This document shows, one piece after another, positions 8,794 through 17,075 of a DNA stretch of 36,243 nucleotides. How positions within the stretch are numbered: position 1 is the stretch's first letter; every line of letters begins with the position of its first letter. The position numbers and the translations under genes are program-made. Under the pieces are notes generated by a model, which had not been told where the DNA came from, did no database searches, and saw nothing but the letters and a program-made list of their open reading frames with translations. The stretch comes from Bacteroidota bacterium (GTDB taxonomy: Bacteria > Chloroflexota > Anaerolineae > Anaerolineales > Villigracilaceae): assembly GCA_050258995.1 (NCBI GenBank), contig JBLMZU010000542.1, positions 1-36,243 of the forward strand, written 5' to 3'.

Positions 8794-9645
8794 CTATTGC
8801 AAAACTTCGGTCAGACATTCTTCGATCTCGCGGGCGGTTGGAATTCCTTCCAATCCCACGCGCGTTACCGTGTGGGCAGCCAGGATGGTGGCAAAACGTC
8901 CTGCTTCCCAGGGATCGCGCGTCTGGAGCAGGCGCACGAAAAAGCAGGTGGCAAATACATCGCCGGCCCCGGTCGCATCCACTTCCTTCACAACCGGTGG
9001 TCGAAATCGACGGCGGTCACCGTTCCAATACACGACCGCACCGGCCGGGCCTTCCGTCGCCACCAGGATATAGGTTTGCTGCGCCAGATGCTCCACCAGC
9101 TCGTCGTTGTGGTGAACATCCTCACGGCTGATGACCACGGCCCCGGCCTGTGTCAGGGCCGACTCTGCATTCCTCCAGTCGCGCATGAAGACACGCTGGT
9201 CTGCATCCCATTGCCGCATCCAGCCCTGCGGTGTAAGCGCCAGCAGGGAGGGGCCAAATGAGGCGGGCAGGGCGGTGTCCATTTCATTGGCAATCGGCCC
9301 CAGGTGGATCAGGGGAGCGCTCCGCCAGGCTTCGGGCACGGCCTCAAAATCGATCCTCGCAGCCTGTGCCCGCAGGTACTGAATCCTGTGATGGTCCGTG
9401 TAGATGTTTTCAAAGGTTGTACTTTGCGGGGAGGGAAGCGAAATCACCGGGATTCCCTGCAGGGCCTCCAGCGATGTTTCAGGACCCGATGCGGTCAGTA
9501 TGCCCACCCGCATGCCCAATGCCCGGGCCGTCAGCGCAGAATAGGCGGTTGTCCCACCCAGACGGTAACCTTCAGGCGTAACGTCATGTGCCACATGACC
9601 GATCATCAGATAATCGACAGGCTCCAGGGAAACCAGATTTTGCAT
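8794..9645 (-). CDS. PfkB-family carbohydrate/nucleoside kinase
   Basis: N-terminal GG motif (LGGTTAYSA) and PfkB signature DATGAGDVFA. Likely start MQNLVS at 9645. Confidence 0.9.
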   Translation of the reverse strand: MQNLVSLEPVDYLMIGHVAHDVTPEGYRLGGTTAYSALTARALGMRVGILTASGPETSLEALQGIPVISLPSPQSTTFENIYTDHHRIQYLRAQAARIDFEAVPEAWRSAPLIHLGPIANEMDTALPASFGPSLLALTPQGWMRQWDADQRVFMRDWRNAESALTQAGAVVISREDVHHNDELVEHLAQQTYILVATEGPAGAVVYWNGDRRRFRPPVVKEVDATGAGDVFATCFFVRLLQTRDPWEAGRFATILAAHTVTRVGLEGIPTAREIEECLTEVLQ

Positions 9646-9651
9646 ATGGGA

Positions 9652-9657
9652 ATTATA
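9652..9657 (-). promoter_or_regulatory. -10 element (TATAAT) 6 nt upstream of the pfkB ATG; probable leaderless promoter
   Basis: Minus strand GGTATAAT-TCCCAT-ATG with no SD. Confidence 0.6.
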
Positions 9658-9749
9658 CCGTGATAAAAAGATGAAAAACCCTGCGCAGGATGGATTGATC
9701 GGAAACTGAGTTCCTGGAATCCAGCGCAGGGTTGAGGGCCGGAAGACTG

Positions 9750-9782
9750 AAAAAGAAAAGGGCGGATTATGCATCCGCCCTT
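9750..9782 (-). terminator. Rho-independent terminator after jag
   Basis: Perfect 10-bp stem AAGGGCGGAT/ATCCGCCCTT with a 5-nt loop, followed on the minus strand by TTCTTTTT. Confidence 0.85.
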
Positions 9783-9787
9783 CAGGA

Positions 9788-10639
9788 TTACGAATCCTTC
9801 GGCATGATCACCACTTTGCGATACGGATCCTCGCCGGTGCTCTCTGTTTTGACCTCCGGGTGATCACGCAGCGCAATGTGAATGATGCGTCGCTCGCTGG
9901 ACGGCATGGGCTCCAGCGTCTGGCGGCGGCCCGTTTTGGCCACCTGGTCTGCCATGCGCTTGGCCATCTGAACCAGCTGCTTCTCGCGGCGATCGCGGTA
10001 TCCCTCCACGTCCACCACCAGCTGCACGAACTGCTGGGTCTCCTTGCCTACGATCAGCGAGGCAATGTACTGGAATGCTCCCAGGGTTTCAGAGCGGCGG
10101 CCGATCAGTACGCTCAGGTCCTTGCCGCGGATATCGACATGGATGTTGCGGCGTCCATCGCGCTCGGTGTCGCCGTAGTGCGCAGAAACCTGGGCCTCGA
10201 GGTTGAGCAGGTGCAGCATCTTGGACACAACCACTTCGGCGTGTTCCAGGATCGCGTCATGTTCGGGCTGCTGCTCGACTTTGGCAGCCGGGGCAGGAGC
10301 CGGTTTTTCCTGGGGCCGCTCGGGGCTGGCGACCTTTTCGGGGCGCGCCGGCGGAGCAGCTCGTTCTGGAGCGGGTGCCGGTTTCTTCTTCTCGACGCGC
10401 TTTACTTCCTTCACCGGTTCGGCAGCCGGTTCCGTCGGCGCAAAGGCAGATGTGCCCACCGGGTTGACCGTCAGGCGGACGCGCACCTGCGGCTTTCCGA
10501 GACCAAAGAAGCCCTTGTTGCCTGCATCCAGCACTTCGACGCTGACAGCATCGGCCGTGAGACCCAGTTGCGCCAGTCCCTGTGAAATGGCTTCTTCAAC
10601 AGTCGGAGCAATGATTTCCAGCGTGGTTCTTTCAGTCAT
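9788..10639 (-). CDS. jag: RNA-binding protein Jag/EloR/KhpB
   Basis: Jag_N (TVEEAISQGL..L, KGFFGLG), Pro/Ala/Glu-rich linker, KH (LIGRRSETL), R3H (ERRIIH, STGEDPYRKVVI). Confidence 0.95.
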   Translation of the reverse strand: MTERTTLEIIAPTVEEAISQGLAQLGLTADAVSVEVLDAGNKGFFGLGKPQVRVRLTVNPVGTSAFAPTEPAAEPVKEVKRVEKKKPAPAPERAAPPARPEKVASPERPQEKPAPAPAAKVEQQPEHDAILEHAEVVVSKMLHLLNLEAQVSAHYGDTERDGRRNIHVDIRGKDLSVLIGRRSETLGAFQYIASLIVGKETQQFVQLVVDVEGYRDRREKQLVQMAKRMADQVAKTGRRQTLEPMPSSERRIIHIALRDHPEVKTESTGEDPYRKVVIMPKDS

Positions 10640-10648
10640 ACCCGCCTC

Positions 10649-11467
10649 CTATTTTGTCTTCTTCGTTACCTGGACCTGCTGTTTATTACCACCGGGAAGC
10701 AGGTTGCGCCAGTTGGCCTTTCCCTGCATCGCATACTGGAAGATACCCAGCAGGTTGCTGGTAATAAAGTAGACCGCCAGGCCCGATGGAAATGTAAGGG
10801 CAAGCCAGCCGAGAAACAGTGGCATATACAGGCTCATCATATTGCTCATGGCCGCGCTCTGGTCACCGGGGTTGGTGGCTGGGGGCATGGTCAGCTTGGC
10901 CTGAACGTAGGTGGTGATGGCCACGATAATCGCCAGGAGAGGGAAACCATAAGGGAAAAAGGAAATATGGAAGGGGAGGGGGATCCCTTCAGGCAATCCC
11001 AGGTTCATCCATAGAAATTTGCTGTTGAGCGGGATCAGGGAAGAAATATCCAGGAAACCAAACGGGCTGGCGCTGCGGGAGAGCTGCAAAAGCCCATAAG
11101 GTGTGGTCGCCAGGGCGCGGGTGATGCTCTGGTACAAAGCAATGATGATCGGGAACTGGATCAGGGTTGGCAGACAGGAGCCAAAGGGATTGATCCCCTT
11201 TTCCCGGTAAACGCGCATCTGCTCCTGGGCGAGCTTCTCCTTATCCTTGGCATATTTCTTCTGGATCTCCTGCCAGTCCTTGTCATTCTGCAGTTCCTGC
11301 ATGGCGGAGGCGCCCTTCATCTGCTGGGCATTCAACGGCCAGGTCACGAGGCGGATCAGGATGGTGAACAGGATGATGGCAATGCCGAACATGTTTGGAC
11401 CCTGTCCAAGCACGTTGTAAATCCACAATAAAACAGTGGTAAAAGCGGAAACAAAAATATTCCACAT
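10649..11467 (-). CDS. yidC: Membrane protein insertase YidC/Oxa1 (short form without periplasmic domain)
   Basis: GIAIILFTILIRL, EQMRVYREKGINPFGSCLPTLIQFPI, PSGLAVYFITSN; genomic context. Confidence 0.95.
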   Translation of the reverse strand: MWNIFVSAFTTVLLWIYNVLGQGPNMFGIAIILFTILIRLVTWPLNAQQMKGASAMQELQNDKDWQEIQKKYAKDKEKLAQEQMRVYREKGINPFGSCLPTLIQFPIIIALYQSITRALATTPYGLLQLSRSASPFGFLDISSLIPLNSKFLWMNLGLPEGIPLPFHISFFPYGFPLLAIIVAITTYVQAKLTMPPATNPGDQSAAMSNMMSLYMPLFLGWLALTFPSGLAVYFITSNLLGIFQYAMQGKANWRNLLPGGNKQQVQVTKKTK

Positions 11468-11475
11468 GGTTCCTC

Positions 11476-12636
11476 TTAGTTCGCGGGTTTAAAAGTCCAC
11501 TTTTGCGTGCCATTCAAATCGAAGGCATACAAAAATGCATCAGCGGTCATCGGAGAAACAAGCACCAGGTTTCCCGCGAGCACCGGCGTGGTATAAATTT
11601 TTCCGCCAGGTTGCTGTTGTTGTCCGCCCCAGAGGGTCTGGTTTCCGTTCTGATCCACCTTGTAAATCGCACCGGACTCTGTAGCCACCAGGATGCCATC
11701 GCTCACTGCCAGCGGACTGGCTGTAATGGCCGTTTCCTTTGATTCGTCGGGAACCTTGGTGCTGTTCGGAGCCCAGTTGTCAGGTTTGAGTGTAATGGGA
11801 TTCCAGTTGTATTTTCCGGTTTCGAGATTATAGGAATATAGATTGCCGCTCAGGTCGCCAAAATAAAGATTATTTTCCACCTGTGTCGGTGTTCCCCAAA
11901 CCCAGTCATTGGTCTTTTCCATGGTTTGGGGACTGCCGCTGGCGGGATTAAACTGCACGAGTTTGGATCCAAATGTGCCAACGTATAAATTCCCATTGGA
12001 AGCGAGGACAGGCGAGCTGGTAATGGCATTGTTCAGATCTTCATTCCAGACAACCTGATAGGTATCCTTGTCCACCGCGATCACGCTATGATCGAGCGAG
12101 CTGATGTATACATATTTCCCATCTGTAACAGGCTGGGACCACAAATCAGTGGAAAGCTCCACGGACTTGATGAGCTGGCCATTGCTCAAATTGAGCACGT
12201 ACAGATTGCCGTCCGAGTTGGGGGCATACAGGCGGTCACCGATCGCCAGCGGAGCGGCCACCCAATGATCGCGTACATCGGAAAAACTCCAGGCAACCAC
12301 CGGGGATTTTGTATTGGCATCGATATGACTGGGGTCGAGCGCCACCAGGCTAAAGCTGCTCCCGGAGCTGCCCACGATCACCATGCCATTTGAAGTGACG
12401 TAGGGGGTTGTATAAAAGATGTATTTTGTATCCCGCTTGTCAGGGTAGCGCCAGAGCTCGGTGCCATCCTTGAGATTCACGGCATAGACAAAAGCTCCGT
12501 CGGCGAGATACGCTACATCGTTGGTGGCGGTCAACCCGGGCCAGGTGTTGCCGCGCACGGTCGCGCTGCCCGTACATCCGCTTAGCAGGATGACGGCCAG
12601 CAGGATGGCTGTCAAGAATAATAATTTCTTGCTCAT
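11476..12636 (-). CDS. PQQ-like beta-propeller lipoprotein (BamB-like repeats)
   Basis: Start MSKKLLFLTAILLAVILLSGC with lipobox LSGC. Repeats of ..SSP....G.LY.G...G.LY......G...W (e.g. VYAVNLKDGTELW, LYSYNLETGKYNW, LYAFDLNGTQKW). The ORF-track start at 12909 overlaps yidD and is unlikely. Confidence 0.88.
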   Translation of the reverse strand: MSKKLLFLTAILLAVILLSGCTGSATVRGNTWPGLTATNDVAYLADGAFVYAVNLKDGTELWRYPDKRDTKYIFYTTPYVTSNGMVIVGSSGSSFSLVALDPSHIDANTKSPVVAWSFSDVRDHWVAAPLAIGDRLYAPNSDGNLYVLNLSNGQLIKSVELSTDLWSQPVTDGKYVYISSLDHSVIAVDKDTYQVVWNEDLNNAITSSPVLASNGNLYVGTFGSKLVQFNPASGSPQTMEKTNDWVWGTPTQVENNLYFGDLSGNLYSYNLETGKYNWNPITLKPDNWAPNSTKVPDESKETAITASPLAVSDGILVATESGAIYKVDQNGNQTLWGGQQQQPGGKIYTTPVLAGNLVLVSPMTADAFLYAFDLNGTQKWTFKPAN

Positions 12637-12652
12637 TGCTTTCTTGATACTC

Positions 12653-12943
12653 CTATGGGACGGGGTCAAAGCCCCCGGGGTTGAACGGATTGCAGCGCAG
12701 GACGCGCCAGGCAGCCATGAATGAACCCTTGATTGCGCCATATTTATAAACAGCCTGGTAGCCATAATGTGAACAGGATGGATAAAAGCGGCACGTGTTG
12801 GGGGGAAGCCCGCGTGAGAGGGTTGACTGGTACAGCCGGATGGATGCCAGAACCAGGATGCGCGGCCAGTTGCCAACGGTTCGCGGCATGTCGCGCAGTC
12901 GCGGCTCATTTGGATAGTCGTGCGAATGAATGTTAGGATTCAT
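12653..12943 (-). CDS. yidD: Membrane protein insertion efficiency factor YidD
   Basis: [32 protein letters not shown]. Confidence 0.95.
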   Translation of the reverse strand: MNPNIHSHDYPNEPRLRDMPRTVGNWPRILVLASIRLYQSTLSRGLPPNTCRFYPSCSHYGYQAVYKYGAIKGSFMAAWRVLRCNPFNPGGFDPVP

Positions 12944-13298
12944 GATGCAGGATTTTTGCGCGCGGTAAAAGGGTGAGCAAAGCCTGACGTGTCTGCTCCA
13001 ATGTGGCAGTCGCCAGTCCTGGGCGGGCGATCAGGATCATGTCCAGGTTGGGTGCGATGCTCGGGATCAGAGTCCGCATGGCTTCGCGGATGAGCCGTTT
13101 GGCACGATTTCGATGAACGGCGGTCCCTACTGTTCTTCCAGCCGCAACCCCAATTTTTACGCGTGGCTGGTCTACAGGATTGCTTCGTTGATCGTGGGGC
13201 TGAACTATCAACACAACAAGCGGGTGGGCATAGGACTTGCCGGAACGCCGCACCCGCTTGAAGTCTTCGGACCGGGTCAGACGAAACTTTCTCTGCAC
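12933..13298 (-). CDS. rnpA: Ribonuclease P protein component
   Basis: [14 protein letters not shown] motif [18 protein letters not shown] start, position downstream of rpmH. Confidence 0.95.
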   Translation of the reverse strand: MQRKFRLTRSEDFKRVRRSGKSYAHPLVVLIVQPHDQRSNPVDQPRVKIGVAAGRTVGTAVHRNRAKRLIREAMRTLIPSIAPNLDMILIARPGLATATLEQTRQALLTLLPRAKILHHES

Positions 13299-13333
13299 CC
13301 GTTACCTCGAACGCGCTTGAGTGAATGGACCGC

Positions 13334-13504
13334 TTACCAGCGGATCTTCTTAACGTGCTTGTTGGCAGTCACAGTCAGCTGCTTGCGACCGCGCAGGCGG
13401 CGGCGCTTCAGGACAGCGCGCCCATCGGCTGTCGCCATGCGCTGGCGGAATCCGTGCACGCGTACACGTCGGCGGATTTTCGGTTGGTACGTACGTTTTG
13501 GCAT
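13334..13504 (-). CDS. rpmH: 50S ribosomal protein L34 (56 aa)
   Basis: Manual translation [56 protein letters not shown]; GAGGA SD; below the ORF-track length cutoff. Confidence 0.97.
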   Translation of the reverse strand: MPKRTYQPKIRRRVRVHGFRQRMATADGRAVLKRRRLRGRKQLTVTANKHVKKIRW

Positions 13505-13586
13505 TCTTCGTTCCTCACTTTGAAAATACTGCCTTTGGATTTTGATGCAGTATTAAATATGCAACACTCGAATTAATCGGCACGAC

Positions 13587-13616
13587 ATTATACCGTAAGG
13601 GCTCTGATTCGGTCAA
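13587..13616 (-). promoter_or_regulatory. Sigma70-type promoter of the rpmH operon
   Basis: Minus strand TTGACC-N18-TATAAT, about 80 nt upstream of the rpmH ATG. Confidence 0.75.
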
Positions 13617-13654
13617 TTGAGGCGGGCATCCAGCATCGCGGGGGTAGGGATGGT

Positions 13655-14353
13655 TTATCCCTTTTTAACGCCGTTGCGCGTAGGATAGATGGGATATGCC
13701 AGCAGGTCTGCCAGTCTCAGTGCGCCTTCCGGGCTGGCAACCGCGATGATCTCATCCTCCGCCTGCAGGCTGCTGTCACCGCGCGGCAGGGTCATGATGC
13801 CGTTGCGGATGATGGCAGCGATCACACAGTGCTCGGCCAGGTCCAGATCCTTAAGCTGCTTGCCGATCACCTTTGCCCCGGCCGGGACCTTTTCCTCCAC
13901 CACGGAATAGCGCCCGCGCTTGATCTTGAACAGGGTCATCATGTCGCCCAGGGACATCTCCTCCTGGATCAGATGGGCGAACACATCGGCCGAGTTGAGG
14001 GCGACATCCACCTGGAATGTGTCACGGAAGAGCCAGGCATTATTCGGGTTGTTCACACGGGCGATCGTGCGCGGCACGTCGAACTGGGTCTTGGCCAGAT
14101 AGCAGATGACAAGGTTGGCCGAGTCGTTGCTCGTGACCGCGGCCACATCGTTTGCTTCCCGGATTCCGGCTGCGTCCAGGACGCTCGGATCGACCGGGTT
14201 GCCTTCATAGATGACCTCTGTGGGCAGTTCCTGGTGCAGGTAGCCCAGCAGTTCACGCCGGTTCTCCACCAGGCGAACTTTGTAATTCTGATTGAGCAGC
14301 AGACTGGCCAGCCTTGCTCCTGTGCGTCCGCCGCCGGCAATTAACACATTCAT
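13655..14353 (-). CDS. trkA: TrkA/KtrA-family RCK (NAD-binding) K+ transport regulatory subunit
   Basis: Rossmann motif IAGGGRTG, RTIARVNNP, RCK_C (CVIAAIIRNG, LPRGDSSL). Confidence 0.9.
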   Translation of the reverse strand: MNVLIAGGGRTGARLASLLLNQNYKVRLVENRRELLGYLHQELPTEVIYEGNPVDPSVLDAAGIREANDVAAVTSNDSANLVICYLAKTQFDVPRTIARVNNPNNAWLFRDTFQVDVALNSADVFAHLIQEEMSLGDMMTLFKIKRGRYSVVEEKVPAGAKVIGKQLKDLDLAEHCVIAAIIRNGIMTLPRGDSSLQAEDEIIAVASPEGALRLADLLAYPIYPTRNGVKKG

Positions 14354-15016
14354 TTATGCCTCTGCCTTCCCGGCCAGACGAGCCGTCAGTTTGCCAATAC
14401 CCTCGAACGTGGAGCTAACGCTGAGCACATCATCTGTTTGCATCTGGATGTTCCCATCCGGCAGGGAGGATCTGCCCGCTTTGGATAGGGCAACAGGATA
14501 GCAATCCGCGATGGGGGCCAGGAGCTCATTGACGGTGCGGCCCGCCCATCTCTCCGGGATGCTCATTTCATAGACTTCCACTTCCCCGTTGCCGGCCGAA
14601 TAGACGGCCCGCTGGGAAGGGTTGATCAGCAATTCCTCGACACGCTGCGCACCCCAGTAGGTGGATCCCACGGTCTGCAGGCCGAAGGCCTCGATGATGG
14701 GGCGCAGGTTTGGGTCGTAATTTCGGGCAACCACATTGGGGATCTCAAACACCGTACGAGCTGCATGCGCAACGACCGCGTTCAAGGTGTCTGAATTTGT
14801 CACTGCGGCTAGTCCATCCGCTTCGCGGATGCCGGCGCGCTCCAGAACACCCTCCGCCAAACCCTCCCCTTCCAGCGTGCGTCCGCGAAAATCGGGATGG
14901 AGACGGTTGAATGACTCCTTGTTAATATCCACCACCACCACCTGATGCCCATTTTTGAAAAGGTGATAACATAGTTCGGCGCCCACGCGCCCGCATCCAA
15001 CAACAATGAAATTCAT
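14354..15016 (-). CDS. trkA: TrkA/KtrA-family RCK K+ transport regulatory subunit (second copy)
   Basis: MNFIVVGCGRVG, LERAGIREADGLAAVT, VVARNYDP. Start at 15016 with GGAGGA SD. Confidence 0.9.
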   Translation of the reverse strand: MNFIVVGCGRVGAELCYHLFKNGHQVVVVDINKESFNRLHPDFRGRTLEGEGLAEGVLERAGIREADGLAAVTNSDTLNAVVAHAARTVFEIPNVVARNYDPNLRPIIEAFGLQTVGSTYWGAQRVEELLINPSQRAVYSAGNGEVEVYEMSIPERWAGRTVNELLAPIADCYPVALSKAGRSSLPDGNIQMQTDDVLSVSSTFEGIGKLTARLAGKAEA

Positions 15017-15020
15017 TTGA

Positions 15021-16985
15021 TTAATCCTCCTCCCCTTCATGGGTATGGACGTGATATGGTACATCGGTAACCACAACCCCGTGCCTGGATAATAATTCCT
15101 GGCGCAGAACATTCGCGGTCCGCATGTGCAGGGCATTGTGCCAGCGCCTCGAAGGGATGAACTGTGGCACAACCACGGTGATTGTTTCGTTTGCCTGGCG
15201 CTGATCGATAATATCCTCCAGGTAGACCAGCAGAGGTTCCACAAAAAGACGATAGGGTGAATCCAGAATGACCAGGCGCGTGCCCTCCCCCCAGGTCTTC
15301 CATTTTTTCTGGACCTTTTCGGTCTCTACAGGATCGATCGAAATGTGGACCGCCGTGACATCGTCCGACAGAAGTTTTGCATAGCGCAGCGCCTCCAGCG
15401 TACCCTGGTGGATTCCGCTGATCGGCATGATCACGCGATGACGCGTGTGACGCTCCGGCAGTCCGCTGAACTTATCGAGCGTGAGATGGGATGCAAGATC
15501 CTTGTAGTGTCGGTGGATTGTAAAAAAGACCGCAACCAGGATCGGGATGATGATCAGGATGATCCATGCGCCCTCCCTGAACTTGGTAACGGCAAACACG
15601 ATCATCACGATCGCTGTAGCCAGCGCGCCGAAACCGTTCACATACATCTTATGACGCCAGCCTTTATCGTATCGTAGGGTGGAACCAGGCTCGACGATTT
15701 CCTCCCCCTCCTTGAGATGGCCGATCTTTCTCCAGCGTCTTGCCATCCCCGTCTGGGACAGGGTAAAGGAGAGGAATACGCCGATCGCATAGAGAGGGAT
15801 CAAACGGGTCACACTGGCCCGGTTGGCGATAATAAAAAGCGATGCAATCGCGGAGAGTGTGATGATGCCGTTCGAATATACGAGGCGGCTGCCGCGAAAG
15901 GTAAGCTGGCGCGGCAGGTAGCCATCGGCTGCAGCGAGTGCACTCAGGCGTGGGAAATCTGCGAAGGCCGTATTGGCTGCCATGAGCAGGATGACGGTCG
16001 TCGCAGCGATCATGGCAAGATAGAGCGGGCCGCGGCCGTTATAAACGGTACGGGCCAGTTGCGAAATGACAGTTTCCTGCTCGGAATAGACGCCACCGAT
16101 GTGGGCCGTAAGATATGAAATACTGAGGAATAGGGTTCCCAGTATGAGTGACATCCAGATCAGCGTTATGCCTGCATTGCGGCTGCGCGGCTCTTTGAAA
16201 GCCATGATGCCGTTCGAGATGGCCTCCACACCTGTCAATGCCGTGGTGCCGTTCGCAAATGCATGCAGCAGGAGGAAGGCAGTCACCGGCAGAAGTGTGT
16301 CCGGCAGAAGGACCTCGGGAGGATTAACAACTGTTCCCAGCGTCCCCATGACATAACGGATAAGTCCGATACCGACGGTGAGGAACATCATCACCACGAA
16401 GAAATACGTGGGAACTGCGAACGCCGTCCCGGATTCCTTTACGCCGCGTAAATTGATCATCATGACCAGTACCACGGCTGCCACGGCGAGCTCGACACGA
16501 TAATGATCGAGGGAAGGAAATGCTGATACGATCTGGGCGACACCCGAGGAGATGGACACGGCCACGGTCAGGGTGTAATCCAGCAAAAGCGCGGCGCCGG
16601 CCACCTGGGCATACGACTCGCCCAGGTTGTCCCGCGAGACGATATAAGCGCCACCTCCGCTGGGATAGGCGTGGATGGTCTGTTCATAGGAAATCGTTAC
16701 GATGGCCAGCAGGAAGACGATTGCAAGCGAAATGGGAAAAACATATCCATAGGCTGCCAATCCAGCTGCGGTCAGGACAAACAGGATTTCCTGGGTGGCA
16801 TAGGCGGTGGACGATAGCGCATCGGAGGCGAAAACGGCGAGGCCGACGGCCTTCCCAATGGTCTGGTGAGGAGCGTCGGCTGTAGATAATGGCCGCCCGA
16901 TGAGCCAGTGACTCAAAGAGCGGGGCGGTTTATATTCACTCTCCCGCCGCATGATTTCAGTTTGATTGTTTTCAGGTGTTAACAT
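15021..16985 (-). CDS. kimA: KimA/YdaO-like APC-superfamily K+ transporter (copy 1)
   Basis: FASDALSSTAY, AYPSGGGAY, DYTLTVAVS, ALTGVEAISNG, LIPLYAIGVF, and C-terminal cytosolic domain with SPYR...P. Confidence 0.88.
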   Translation of the reverse strand: MLTPENNQTEIMRRESEYKPPRSLSHWLIGRPLSTADAPHQTIGKAVGLAVFASDALSSTAYATQEILFVLTAAGLAAYGYVFPISLAIVFLLAIVTISYEQTIHAYPSGGGAYIVSRDNLGESYAQVAGAALLLDYTLTVAVSISSGVAQIVSAFPSLDHYRVELAVAAVVLVMMINLRGVKESGTAFAVPTYFFVVMMFLTVGIGLIRYVMGTLGTVVNPPEVLLPDTLLPVTAFLLLHAFANGTTALTGVEAISNGIMAFKEPRSRNAGITLIWMSLILGTLFLSISYLTAHIGGVYSEQETVISQLARTVYNGRGPLYLAMIAATTVILLMAANTAFADFPRLSALAAADGYLPRQLTFRGSRLVYSNGIITLSAIASLFIIANRASVTRLIPLYAIGVFLSFTLSQTGMARRWRKIGHLKEGEEIVEPGSTLRYDKGWRHKMYVNGFGALATAIVMIVFAVTKFREGAWIILIIIPILVAVFFTIHRHYKDLASHLTLDKFSGLPERHTRHRVIMPISGIHQGTLEALRYAKLLSDDVTAVHISIDPVETEKVQKKWKTWGEGTRLVILDSPYRLFVEPLLVYLEDIIDQRQANETITVVVPQFIPSRRWHNALHMRTANVLRQELLSRHGVVVTDVPYHVHTHEGEED

Positions 16986-17075
16986 TTTTTCTCTTGCTGC
17001 TTACAAAAAGACACCCACGCGCAGAGGCGGGGAGCTTTGATGATTATAGTCCAAATTGCATAAATTGGAGTGTGG

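Noticed and set aside
7000-9800. Canonical parS site near parAB
   Set aside because: No TGTTTCACGTGAAACA-like 16-mer was found by eye.
12637-12909. N-terminal extension of the beta-propeller ORF overlapping yidD
   Set aside because: A clear lipoprotein signal begins at 12636, and the extension overlaps conserved yidD in another frame.
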